Shown: in pieces, positions 52,820-64,000 of the stretch
Layout of the letters: each line of letters opens with the position of its first letter
Position numbering within the stretch: position 1 is the stretch's first letter
Assembly (NCBI GenBank): GCA_017499595.2
Contig: CM038998.1
Span: 1,178,001-1,242,000 of the forward strand
Source: Psilocybe cubensis
Lineage: Eukaryota
DNA length: 64,000 bases
Direction: 5' to 3'
The notes under the pieces: model-generated
The model's input: the letters and a program-made list of their open reading frames with translations, nothing else
Told to the model about the DNA's origin: nothing
Database searches by the model: none
Program-made: the position numbers and the translations under genes

Positions 52820-55087
52820 ATGCAGTCTATTTCCCAGTCTCCATTGCACCATTACCACCAACACCCGAATCAGAATCCAAAACAACACCATTTATTCGCC
52901 AGCCCCGTCCGCGCCGACCCACACCCACGAAAATCTATTCTCCCAAGCTTTGACGAGGACAATGATCTCTCCTCCGAACCCCGCTCCAGTTATATTATCG
53001 ACTTGGATCTCCCCGACTTTGACTCCCGGCTGATTCCCTCCCCGCAGTTCCATGCCGTTGTGAATGGGCTCTCTTTAGGCGTCTCCAATAATGTCGATGC
53101 CGATGACAATAGCAAATCCAGCAACACCAACAACAACACCAAGGCCTCTACGAGCCCGCGGCCCAGCCTCGAATCACTCCTACCGCCCCAGGCTATACAT
53201 GCAACCCAGGACGCGGACGCGAAGCACCAGTCGTTCCTCGAGCTCGAGGCCGACTGCAGCGCGCTTCAGCTCGACTCGGAGGTGATCGTGCTCACGCGCC
53301 CGCGCACCATGTCCAAGATTCCCTCGGCGTACCTGCACTCGCCGTACCCGCTCTCGTCTCGCGCTCCGTCGCCTGCGCCCCCAGCTATGCGCGTCCAGGT
53401 CCAGATGCAGCAGCACCAGCAGTCTGTGCAGCTGAGTGATCCTGGGTTCTCCAGAGGAACAGGAGCGGCAGGGGGAACGGGACACAAGTACCAGCGCAAG
53501 GCGCCACCCCAGCTTCAGCTCAAAACATCCAATTACCGCCGCCGCTCGCGCCGCATCAGCGCGCAGTTACAGCTCGGCGAAAACACAGCGGCGTACTTTG
53601 TCCCGCACCCCGCTGCGAATCTGCGCGGCGTCGGCGGTGCTGTTGCAGGGGTAGGCACATCGTCCCTCGCACCCGCGCCGAGCCCACAGCACTCCGTCGT
53701 CTCGCACTCGCGCACGATGACGCCCATCTCCATCAAATCCTTCCGCTTCTCCTACACCTCCTCCGCGCGCTGCGTCGGCGGCGCGGCGCGGGTCCAGTTC
53801 TCGACGAAGGAACTGCACCGTCGCCGCATTCTCAAGCTCCAACGCACGTTCGGCGAGCGCGTGCCGCTGGAACTGGTCACTGTCAGCCCGCGCCGCCGCC
53901 GCTCGACGTCGCATCGCCTGTCGGTCGTGTCGTACCGTGCGCCGGCGGTGTTTTATCCGCCGTTTGATGTGAATGCGAATGGGACGCCGGTGTCGGGTGT
54001 TGCGAGGGATTGGGCGTTGGATCAGATTGGGCCGTCGGTGTCTGCGGGCGGTGCGGGTGGTGCGCTGCAGAGTGTGTTGAAGTTGGCGGTGGCGCCGCGC
54101 CAGACGGCGAAGGTGCCGCATAATACGTTGAGGAAGACGCAGATGGTGATTAAAAGGAAGGAGGAGGAGGAAGAGGTGGCGGGTGCGTCGTCGCCGTCTG
54201 TGTTGGAGGAGCACGATGAGGATCGGGGCGATAATAGTATTTGGCTGGACGAAGATGAGCCGGCGCGGCCCAAGAGGAAGAGGGCTAGCGCGCGGGCGTC
54301 GGGGTTGCTGGTGTTTGTGAATAAGAGCCAGGGAAGGAATTTGGATAGGGTCAGTCGGATTGCGGGGGTGCAGTATGAGGACGGGCAGGTTGTGCATCCT
54401 GTTCATGCGACGGCAATGTCGACGGTGTCGATGTCGAGGCCGGTGTCGACGCAGTATCATCATTTCCGACAGCGCTCGTCGATGCTACTCGGCCCGTCGC
54501 GTCTGGGTGCATCGCCATCGCCCGCCCCGGGTTCTGCGCACGCTACTGCCACTGCTACTGCGATTTCTACTCCCCCTGCCCAGCCTCAAGCTGGTCCTTC
54601 GCGCCTTGCCATCGCGTCCTCGGCGTCGGCTCCCTTTGATGTAGACGCTGCGTTCCCGGAGGGCAGCGAGCTGTCGTACTGCGATTCCCCTGCGTCGTCT
54701 CCGTCTATGCCTGCGTTTAGGAATATCTATGAGATCGAGGAGAGCGAGGAGAACGCGGAGCTGCATCGGCATCCGATTGACGTTGCGATTGATTTGTCGA
54801 GTGATAGCACGGGTTCGCCTGTGCCGCCACCGAAAGGGAGTGCTGGCGTAGGTGCTGCTTCTGCTGCTGCCAATAACGCGGCACAGCGCTCCGTCGGACA
54901 TACACCGTCAAACTCGTATACCTCCGAGGGACATGCGTCGGGGTTGCACCATGCGGGCGGAGGCTTGCTTGATGTGCCGGATAAGTTTGGATCGGGGACG
55001 CGCAGGAGGGAGAGGAGGCAGGGGTGGAGTGGGGAGTGGAATCAGCCGACGATTATGGATGTTATTCAGAAGTTGAGGGAAATATGA
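52820..55087 (+). CDS. Large, mostly disordered hypothetical protein (755 aa), intronless
   Basis: Uninterrupted ATG-to-stop ORF with strong third-position GC bias; short ordered-looking blocks KLQRTFGERVPLELV and RRERRQGWSGEWNQ..MDVIQKLR. Confidence 0.75.
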   Translation: MQSISQSPLHHYHQHPNQNPKQHHLFASPVRADPHPRKSILPSFDEDNDLSSEPRSSYIIDLDLPDFDSRLIPSPQFHAVVNGLSLGVSNNVDADDNSKSSNTNNNTKASTSPRPSLESLLPPQAIHATQDADAKHQSFLELEADCSALQLDSEVIVLTRPRTMSKIPSAYLHSPYPLSSRAPSPAPPAMRVQVQMQQHQQSVQLSDPGFSRGTGAAGGTGHKYQRKAPPQLQLKTSNYRRRSRRISAQLQLGENTAAYFVPHPAANLRGVGGAVAGVGTSSLAPAPSPQHSVVSHSRTMTPISIKSFRFSYTSSARCVGGAARVQFSTKELHRRRILKLQRTFGERVPLELVTVSPRRRRSTSHRLSVVSYRAPAVFYPPFDVNANGTPVSGVARDWALDQIGPSVSAGGAGGALQSVLKLAVAPRQTAKVPHNTLRKTQMVIKRKEEEEEVAGASSPSVLEEHDEDRGDNSIWLDEDEPARPKRKRASARASGLLVFVNKSQGRNLDRVSRIAGVQYEDGQVVHPVHATAMSTVSMSRPVSTQYHHFRQRSSMLLGPSRLGASPSPAPGSAHATATATAISTPPAQPQAGPSRLAIASSASAPFDVDAAFPEGSELSYCDSPASSPSMPAFRNIYEIEESEENAELHRHPIDVAIDLSSDSTGSPVPPPKGSAGVGAASAAANNAAQRSVGHTPSNSYTSEGHASGLHHAGGGLLDVPDKFGSGTRRRERRQGWSGEWNQPTIMDVIQKLREI

Positions 55088-57469
55088 TTTTTGGATGGAG
55101 GGATGGAGGGATGTGTTATACGACTGATGATGATGGAGATGATTATTTGGTTTGAGCCCCTTCTTTTGTTTTTTTAATTGCCGATAAGTTGGTGCTTTTT
55201 TAATTTATTAGTACTACTGGGACGAAGCTTTTACGATTTATGGGACTCTAAAAGAAAAGTTTTTTTTTGTTACTTATTACTTGGTATAATACACCTGCTC
55301 TCTTTTTTAGTTACTTCTCTAATAATTTATAGATATCTTATAGAACCACTGAGGGCTGTGGGGGAGAGGTTTTAAAATAATATCGTTATTGTTGAAGGTC
55401 TGACTCAGGGGTAATAAATGAGGGACGCGTATGTCACGTGATATGTCCTGCTTTCCCACGAGCGCGTGTGTGTGTGCCTCCATCACTGCGGGGCAATGGC
55501 TCATTCCTCGACATTGTCATCTGTGAACCGCATAAACATGCGATATCAACCCGAAGTCGTTCTTAAAAATTGTATCTGAATTCTTGACTACATACTTGAA
55601 TGTTGCGTATGGCCAGACAGAAGAATCTTCCGATATGTTCATTGTGTTTAATGTTAGTAACAACTTTCTGAAAAATAGCTCAAGTGAATGGGATGATGCA
55701 TATGAAGCTTGAGAACAATGGGTAACTACAAGGTGAGTATCACTTCCATTGACTAGACGGATATGTCTGACCTGTCAATTTTAAGCCTAGTACATCACCT
55801 TGAAATATCACGATTTTTCAGCGCTGAAGCGGAGAACCTCTGCGACACTGACATCTACGCAATTTAGCGATCTGCTCTCCCAGTCATCCTGGGTACAAAC
55901 ACTTCCGCGAACCACTTTGCTCTCCTCAACTAAGCGCAAAAACTATCGGATAAATTCATGCCGCCAATGTTGTCAATTCTAAAAATCAGTCGTTAACTGC
56001 ACCATGCGCTTTTACATGCTTCCAAGAATAGGCAGTAGGCAGCGCGTCTCGAGTGTGAAGGCGTCCTAATAATGGACCTCTTTCTCTGCGTGTAGTCTAT
56101 CAATCTCGGGGCTGATTTCGAGAGGCTGCCCTTCTATATTTTTAGTCTTTTTCCCCTCCTGTGAAGACCATCACCTTCCAAAGGAAAGAGTACATATGGA
56201 CCAAAGCGATTCTAATGATCATTGCGTATCTACGCACGTGGGTGAGGATACTTATATTATCTGGCTTCACTCCTTATCTTGACTTCGGTTTTTTCAGAAA
56301 ATTAGAGATCTGAATGGTTTGTTGGACGGATCAAGGCAGTACCGTTCAGTCGACACTTAGCAATGGTTCCTTGTAGGTTAATTATGTGTACCCAGTGTTT
56401 GCAATATCCTCTCACTTGAATCCGGACGGTGACGATACGAAAACCATCCCGGTTCTAAATTAAATTTGTTATCGTCTCAGTTGCCCGCGAAGCGTCTGGT
56501 TGCTGTGCGTTGCAACTATCTATTTTTTGGGATGACCGAACTCGTCTGACAGGTAGCTATTTTCGGTCAGTCTCGCGCGCATCCATACTCTCCTTCTTCA
56601 TCTGTAAGCACTTTCATCCCTTGTCGATATTCGGGGCACAATTTACGGAGCCGGGGTTGATTCGTCAGGTAAGCTCTCTGCTCCCTTTTCTAGTCCATGC
56701 AAGCTAATGCTCCACGCGGCGTTCAGATACAGGCGTAATTTCAATTTAATGGTTATCTCACTTCCCGGTTCCTCTCTTTTCTCGTGGTACTGTTATCTGT
56801 TTTTTTTTCGCACTAGCCGCAGTTTTGAAAGCTCAATTGATCAGCTCTATTTAGTCCTAGCGTATGTCGTCCATTCTTCTACCAGACATTCCTTCGCATG
56901 TGGGTTTTCTATATGCCTGACTTTAAAAAAGATTGGAAATAGAAACCGCATGGATGGGGTCGTATATCATTCAATTGCCCATCTGCCTGAGGAGTTTTAC
57001 GGCGACGTTGACGTGTTCTATGTGCATCAATTCGAGCAAAAAAAACGCACGCGAACGTTCGTTCGAAGCTTGCATGCCAGATCCGTGTTTATTGCAGGCG
57101 TTTTCAGCTACCCGTGTATCTTTCTATCTTGGTGTCCCATGCGCAACAGCAACGCCGAAAGATCATCGTTCGTACTCAAGTTCTTCCACAATCAGCGGCA
57201 AGAACACTGGTACTAATTATAAACCCTGCATCGTTTGTTCTTGCATACAGAGCAACGAACCGTCTGCCGAATCGTGATTGCGGTGGTCAAGTTCGTTAAT
57301 TGAATGACATCGTGCCTCTGATACATGAGCTACCTCAGTTGACCTTCTTTCCTATTGGACAGGGGCAGATCTGAGAGCTTCTATCTTCCCGTTCCTTCAA
57401 AATGGCCAATTCGGCGACCTGTAAAACGCCCTCTTTTCTCCCTCCAATCTTTGCGTGATTGTGGCAGAG

Positions 57470-59683
57470 ATGGTTCTCTCGACGCTCTTGTTCTCGTCTA
57501 CTCTCCTGGGCACTGCACTCGCGGCTGCTCTTAACAGCCACTTTGGCACGTCTGAGCTGTTCGATCGCTCGACGTTGTTGTCCTCTGGGTGTTCGACAAC
57601 AGGAACGGCGTCTTGCCATAACACCTCTTCCGTGTCGAATTTATGCTGCTTTGAAGCTCCTGGGGTATGTGGTCAACCATTTACACTGGCTTGTGAATGT
57701 TCATCTCACGATTTCTCTTGTATCCGTACAGGGATTGCTGCTGCAAACCCAGGTACGAAGCCACTCTTTTCTGTCTCGTCGTCTGTATTAAATCCATCGC
57801 TTCTGTTCTAGTTCTGGGACACTAACCCTTCCACGGGGCCAAGTGATAGCTGGACAATCCACGGTGAGAACCGTAATTAGCATCGTCTTCCTTCCGAGGT
57901 ACTTAGACAGTATTTCGTCACCAGGTCTTTGGCCGGACCAGTACGTCGAAATGTGATCTTATATTCGATTATATCATGTACTTAGCGTTGTGTCGCTGCT
58001 TTCTCCAGCTGCGATACCACCTTCAGCGAGAACTGTGATCCATCAAGGGCTTACACAGGAATTTCGACTGTGAGTTGCCATTTACTCATGAAGTTTGTAT
58101 GCACGCTTAACTGAACCTATTGCTACAGCTGTTATCGGACAATGGCGCAAGCAGCACATTGTCGTTCATGCAAACGGTACTGCTGCCTCTTCTTGAATTG
58201 TCCGTCGTCCTGAAACAGCATTTCGTAGCACTGGGTGGACATCAATGGTCAGAACGAACAGTTCTGGGAGGTGCGTTGTATTCAGCCTCCGCATTCAATC
58301 CTGGGGCCTCAACTACGGGCAAATAGCACGAATGGGCAACACATGGAACTTGCATGAGGCATGTACGATTTAATGCTCTGATCAAATTGTACAATAACTT
58401 GTAACTGTAGTACTCTTGTACCCAAATGCTTGCCAAGTGGTAGCGTTAAAGGCGCTGAGGTAGGCCGGGTTTTCACAACGCTATATTCCGTGGACTCATG
58501 CAGTGTTATAACAGGCCGTGGCTTTCTTTGAGACCGTTGTCAGACTCTTCCAAGTCAGTGTCCAATTCCGCTATTTTCAGCTCCGTGCCAAGCTGGACCT
58601 ACAGGTCTAAACATCCGTTCTGACCACGAACCCCCAGACACTCCCAACATTCACTTGGTTATCGAACGAAGGAATTACTCCTTCTACTAGCAAGACTTTT
58701 ACTCTCTCACAATTAACCTCAGCTTTGAAGGCACAATCAGTCAGTATACGCTTACCTTGGCTTTTCATCTATCCTCGCTAAAGCAGTCATCGCTTCGTAG
58801 GGATTTACTCCATCTCTCGATTGCGACTCGGGAGTGTTGAATCAGATCAGTTGGTACTTCAACCTTAAGGGTTCTGTTATCGATGGAACATTTGTTCCTA
58901 TCAGTTCGTGGTATACCTTTTGGAATCATGAGACATCAGCTCATGAACACGTTGAATAGATGCACCCCAGCAAGGATCTTGCCCAAGTTCTGGAATCAAG
59001 TATCCCCCAAAGAGCGGGTCGTCTTCTTCAGGAGGCGGTGGAACCCCCACAGTAAGCGATGTTGTTAATTTTTCAACAAACAAACGGCATGCTGATTCAT
59101 GTTTGACAGTCCACTTCCGGGAGTGTGAGTAAAAAGCTCGGTTATGCCGTTAGACGTTTTGAGCTGATATCCTATGTCATAATAGGGACCAACATCATCG
59201 CCTGTGAGTCGAGATTTTATCCTGAAAATGTCAATCATGATCACTGAGATACCACATCACAGGCACCTGGCAGTTTACCAGGTAAAGCGACGATCCATGC
59301 GTCTGTTGGTGGACTGTTGTCTCTCGGCACTTTGTCGACGCAAACGCTAGCAACATATACCCTCTCAGGAACAACTGACAGCTTTACAATGACGTCTTCC
59401 AAAGGAAACTGTGGTGTCAGCGGTGGAACATTTTCCTGTGGCAGCGGTGTCGCGTTAACAACCTTTTCAGCTGTAAGTTCTTTTACTTGTGGGCAATAGC
59501 GTCCTGTTACAATTGGGATTGACACGTCAAAACAAGGTATCATCCGGAGGCAATCTACTCCTAGCATCAGGTGGATCGACAGCTTTCAGCAGTGACGGTG
59601 TTCCGAGCGGTACCACTGTCTTCCCTGTTTTCACAGGATCCGGGCATTCCAACGACTACACCCTTTCCATCGTCAGCTCGTAG
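57470..59683 (+). CDS. Secreted ribonuclease T2 with Ser/Thr/Gly linker and extra C-terminal domain, many small exons
   Basis: Signal peptide, CCFEAPGGLLLQTQFWD, CAS-I WTIHGLWPD, CAS-II FWEHEWATHGTC, C-terminal domain after YPPKSG. Confidence 0.93.
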
Positions 59684-60121
59684 GAAGACAGAAAATGTCA
59701 ATTTTTTGGGTCTATACCATAAATGTGTAGTTCGATGTTACAATTCAAACTTTATCGAAATATTCTTTTGTCGAAGAAGCTAAAATCTGTTCCCACTCAT
59801 TCAGTCTGAACGTATGTTTTGGAGCAAAGTTAGACTGTGCCCATGACATTGATCGAACATTAGCGCCCTCTAACGCCGCTCTCTCGCCGTTTTCTCTGTG
59901 CCATTTTTAATATTCCAGGTGGAAACCTAGCTTCTCCCAAGTCAATGAAAACTGCTATATCATGTCTCGTTGGTTGAGGGCTTATAAGACCGAGGCCGCC
60001 ACCGAGATGTGCTTGCACACGCTTGGGGATACTTAGCCTGACTCGAATTTGTCGTAATCCGGCAACGTTTTAGCATTATTGCATTTCCTTGCATTCTTTC
60101 ATACCTGACCAGCAATACACA

Positions 60122-60692
60122 ATGCCACCGCCATCTAATAGCCCTGCTTTAAACCTGATAGTTCTTCCGGAGCCATTCTTTGTTGTAAAACTCCAGCCCG
60201 GAGAAGAGATCCCGCCGTGCATATTCAGGGATCTCACACATGGCAGAGGCGGGTTCTTTTCAGTGACTCGGACAACGGAGGAGGTGTCGTTGGTTGGAGA
60301 GGCCTACAAGTCAATGCCAGCGAGCTATAAAGAGCAGTCAACATGGATGTGCATCAAAGTACAGGGGCCGATGGAACACAGTGAGTACACACGATGGCCT
60401 CGTTTAAAAAGAATGAACTTGATCAACGTCCTCCCAGACCTGACAGGAATTCTAGCGTCTTTAACAGCACCACTGAAGGTGTCAAAGGTGCCCATATTTG
60501 CATTGTCAACATGGTATGTCAAAAATTGGGATGCCAGAAAGGAGCTACGTGCTTAAGTCAAGGTGTGACCACAGGAACACGGACTACCTCCTAGTACCGA
60601 AAGAAATGCTATCAGACGCAGTCAGAACACTTGAGAGGGATGGTTGGGTATTTGCTCAAGGTATTAAGGGTGTCCGAGTCGCGAGGTTGTGA
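60122..60692 (+). CDS. Small ACT-domain protein (ACT_7/CASTOR-like)
   Basis: FFSVTRTTEEVSLV, WMCIKVQGPM..LTGILASLTAPL..VPIFALSTWNTDYLLV; two introns. Confidence 0.85.
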
Positions 60693-60988
60693 GATTAGTA
60701 ATTATGTGGTTAGATAATTAACTTCGGAATCCATTTGAAGCTCTTCAGTAAAAAAAACCACGACACGAGAATAAAGGAGGTCATACAAAAATGGATAATT
60801 CCGAAGGGGTGTAGTCGTTGGTCAATTAGCATATGTTGGGAAGATCAGACGAAGTACAGTTTTGAGTAAATATCTTGTTGGATATACCATAAGTGAATAA
60901 GATAATGTATAAAGTTCTGCGAATAAAGAATGATAAGGTTCACTGGATCTGATGAGGATCGTTATAGTGGTTGACCGGGACCTTCTAT

Positions 60989-62566
60989 TTAATATACGTT
61001 TGGATCTTCTGCCGCATCCGTCATCGGGGAGACTTTGGGTGGTGCCTTTGCCGTGCTCGAAGCATATTTCTTTTTTTCTTTTTCAACATCTCCTGGATTT
61101 TGACTTTCCCAGACTTTAAGGGCGCCCTCATATTCTTCCCAAACCAAACGACCAGCCAGCTCTCCTCCGTACTCTCCATCATCAGCAATATCTAGGATTT
61201 CTTCAGTGGCTTTGCTTTTCCCTTTTCCTGTTTTTCTTTTTTCTCCAGCCTTGGCCTCTCGATCCCTTTCTACTAATTCTTCGGGTACTTTGACGTTGAG
61301 CTTCACCGCTGCACAATTGGCATACAGAGCACCAGGAAGAAGGACTTCTTCAGGCAAAGAGGTATCCAGGGGCCCTTGAGTAGCAACTTTGGAATTTGCA
61401 GTATTTGCAGCGACAGAGAGGATCTTGAACGGCGTTGGCAGGAATAGTACGTGTAGAATGCTTTGCATAGCTAATGTAGGCGATTTGGTAACAATTCGGA
61501 GTATAGGTTGCAATACAAGATATCTAAAGCAGTCTTTCAAAATGTAAGCATAGAGAAAAAATGAATAAAACTCACAGGAACAGCCCAAAGTAAGAACCCG
61601 TCGGTGAAAGAAGATCGGCGTTAAGGAAGTTTGAAACTGTATCGACTCTGCCAATCCCTGGAGATGCTGAAATAGCAACAATATTTGATTTCTGGATTTT
61701 AGGGCTGACAACAGGCACAGATGTACTGCCTTCTTCTGTTTTGGGTACTTGGGCCGCTGTCGGAAGGGCATCGAGAATCCGCTGAAGATGTCTAGTGAAG
61801 ACAACAGATCGCAGCGACCTTCGCCCCTCTTCAAGAAATATGGACTTGGAAGTCGACGGTTCCTCAGATCCTGGGATAACAAATGATGGAGAAAAGGGGA
61901 GTCCTGCAGCTGCGGCATAAAAGGGGTTTACAACATTGATTATTCGTATATCTCGTTCCGGAGGAGCTACCAGGAGAGCTGGAAGTAGCAGGGTGGTGAT
62001 CAAGAACGTAGCCAGAGAGTTGGCGTCCCTCGCTTTCTGATCCTGCTCCTTCGAACTTCGGGAGAAAATGCTGGGTACCCCAATATGTTTGTGTTCATGA
62101 GCAAATATGATTGCGTCTAGTCTCTGCTCCTTTTCGGTCAGGAACTTGGTACAAAATGCCCTTATGGAGGCGGGGGATGTTAGGTCGCATTCGTCCGCGT
62201 ATATCTCTTCGTTAGAGGTAGTAGTCCGTAAGAGATCAACCAAAATAGTGATATTTTCAGAATCTATAGGATCTGGAGAAAGTGCGATTATATGTGCGCC
62301 TCGTTGAGCCAATGATTGAATAAGTGTTAGTCCCAGCGGCGTGAAACCTCCCTAGAAGTTGTTGGTTGTCAGTCCTTCATGAAATAGAACCACAGACTTA
62401 CCGTCAATAAGATGGTTCTGTTGTGTAGATCTCGTTCTCGAGTCGTTCGTCGGCCCTGCGAGAAAACCCTGAGGGCGAGTATGCTGACAATGCCAATAGC
62501 AATGTGCACGGTATACTGTGTTGGGAAATAGGTGTATACCAATGCCTCTAAAACGCCTAATACCAT
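60989..62566 (-). CDS. Membrane-anchored short-chain dehydrogenase/reductase-like protein (yeast Pbr1/YNL181W-like)
   Basis: TM segment, then RERDLHNRTILLTGGFTPLG..LAQRGAHII, CDLTSPASIRAF, RLDAIIF, RDIRIINV; two introns. Confidence 0.75.
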
Positions 62567-63061
62567 GGTTATACTGCGTATCACTGGAGCATAGGTTCAC
62601 GTTGCGGTGCAAAGGAGCGTAGATGGTGACTGTTCGAGAATACGTGTTGTACCTCGGACTTCCCATTGATTGAGCCTCCGGTAGCCGTTCTCACCGTCTC
62701 ACTCATATATTTTGCTTCTTCACTAGTTGTTATAGGCATGTAAATGAATGAAGTTTATTTGAAGTACAAATTTGTTTGATAAATTTTTGAGCATTCTTGG
62801 GATGGTTGTAGTAAGTGAGAAATGGTCGCGAATGGCCCGCGGGCCAGGAACGCGCCTCTCTTTCGATCCCCGAAAATTTGTCCAACAAGCCGCGCCTTGG
62901 AGATTCGTTCCTCCTTCTTCCACCGCGCACTCACCCAGCAGACAACCCGTTGGCGGCCATATAGTCGCCCCTAGTGCCTACAAGGTTTCTTTTAGAACCT
63001 TAGGCGTACAAATACTCACGGACCGATTCTGAACTCTCTGCGTGTATCTGCTGCGTCACAT

Positions 63062-64000
63062 ATGGACACTCCTTCGTCATCAACCGTCAGCGCACCAGGG
63101 CGCCAGAAACGCGTCCTACCTTCAAGATCCAGGCGAGGAGGACCAGGTGTGGGGAACTGTGACTCAGACGTACTGATATTGGAGACTTACAAACGTCAAT
63201 GTGAGTTTCATCATCCTTTTGATTCTAGACAACCTTTTTATTTGGCTTGCACAGACGAAATCGAGCCCCTCATCCCACTGAGCACCCCATTCCTACTTTC
63301 TACCAAAGCCGACGCCGCTAAGAATACTGAATCTGCTAATGAGGCTGGGATCCACATCAATGTTGTCGCAAATGAACGGTATTTCGCGCGCCCGGAAGTC
63401 CTGAAAGCCTTCCGCGAGCAGCAACTCATACAAACCCCCGAATACGAGAGTATTGGAGAGTCTTCCTACGTTGGAACACGTACAAGACCGAGACCTGAAG
63501 ATGTATGGACTCGCAAATCTCAATCTGGCGTTTTCACTAATCAATGCTGCACCTCACTTTCCTCCTTGTAGGCCACAGTCGATACTTCTGATGCTGCCTA
63601 TGAAAAACGCCATAGGAAGTTTGAGACGCTTGAAAAGCGCCAGCGCTTACGCGAGAAGGAGAAACTCAAACATGAGCATTACAAATTGAAAGAAAGGATC
63701 GAGCAACTCAGGGCTATGGACAGCGCTGCTTTCATGACACTTCCGGCTTCTTCATTCTCACCGGCACCCCCACAAGCAACTGCCGAGTTGGACGATCTTA
63801 TTACCTCTGGCAGTCCATATGCGCAAATCAATGGCGTCGTATCCAACTCCGAAGGGGAAAGACGCAGAAAAGAAATGCTTGAAACTGCTTACAAGCTTGA
63901 AAAGCGATATGCTTATCTACTTCCTCCCGACCGTGTTCGAAAAACAGCTGATACACCAAACGAGTCTGGCGCAAAACTTCCTTCAGATATACGTGATGGG
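63062..64000 (+). CDS. Sas4/PEHE-like coiled-coil chromatin-complex subunit, 5' part (runs off window)
   Basis: Spliced DTSDAAYEKRHRKFETLEKRQRLREKEKLKHEHYKLKERIEQL resembles the PEHE/Sas4 HAT-binding motif; frame open to the window end. Confidence 0.55.

Noticed and set aside
41675-54911. Many long antisense and alternative-frame ORFs (e.g. 53567-54463, 48970-49536, 50993-51625)
   Set aside because: Shadows of GC-rich genuine genes where stops are rare; no family motifs.
56510-57299. 169-aa and overlapping ORFs upstream of RNase T2, with one intron-like GTAAGC...CAG
   Set aside because: No recognisable motif or consistent exon chain; could be non-coding transcription.

Overview
Intron-rich, gene-dense eukaryotic DNA from a basidiomycete, most consistent with an agaric mushroom (short ~50-65 nt GT-AG introns, a FunK1 kinase, CHAT-type TPR genes); the species cannot be determined from sequence alone. 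About 24 protein-coding genes were hand-spliced: Con-6 repeat protein, myosin I, its UCS chaperone She4/UNC-45, Trm6, Mdm1-type sorting nexin, Oac1-like carrier, a degenerate FunK1 kinase, two tandem GH5 exo-1,3-beta-glucanases, UDP-GlcNAc pyrophosphorylase, a taxilin with an inserted SUMO-like domain, BRCA2/Brh2, two TPR-only genes, MPP-alpha, an amidase, alkaline ceramidase, mitochondrial EF-Ts, Naf1, RNase T2, an ACT protein, a Pbr1-like SDR, a partial Sas4/PEHE-like gene and two unknowns. No rRNA, tRNA, CRISPR array or intact transposon was seen. Best leads: (1) taxilin split by a SUMO/Rad60-like domain ending in an internal Gly run, head-to-head with BRCA2; (2) myosin I directly beside its own chaperone; (3) a FunK1 pseudokinase; (4) BRCA2 with many orphan FxxA motifs; (5) a TPR-only pair with a very recent 153-bp duplication of a 5'-leader intron/uORF; (6) a GC-rich block with within-gene C-to-G polarity. 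All calls are by-eye motif recognition; no database searches were run and gene ends are manual.
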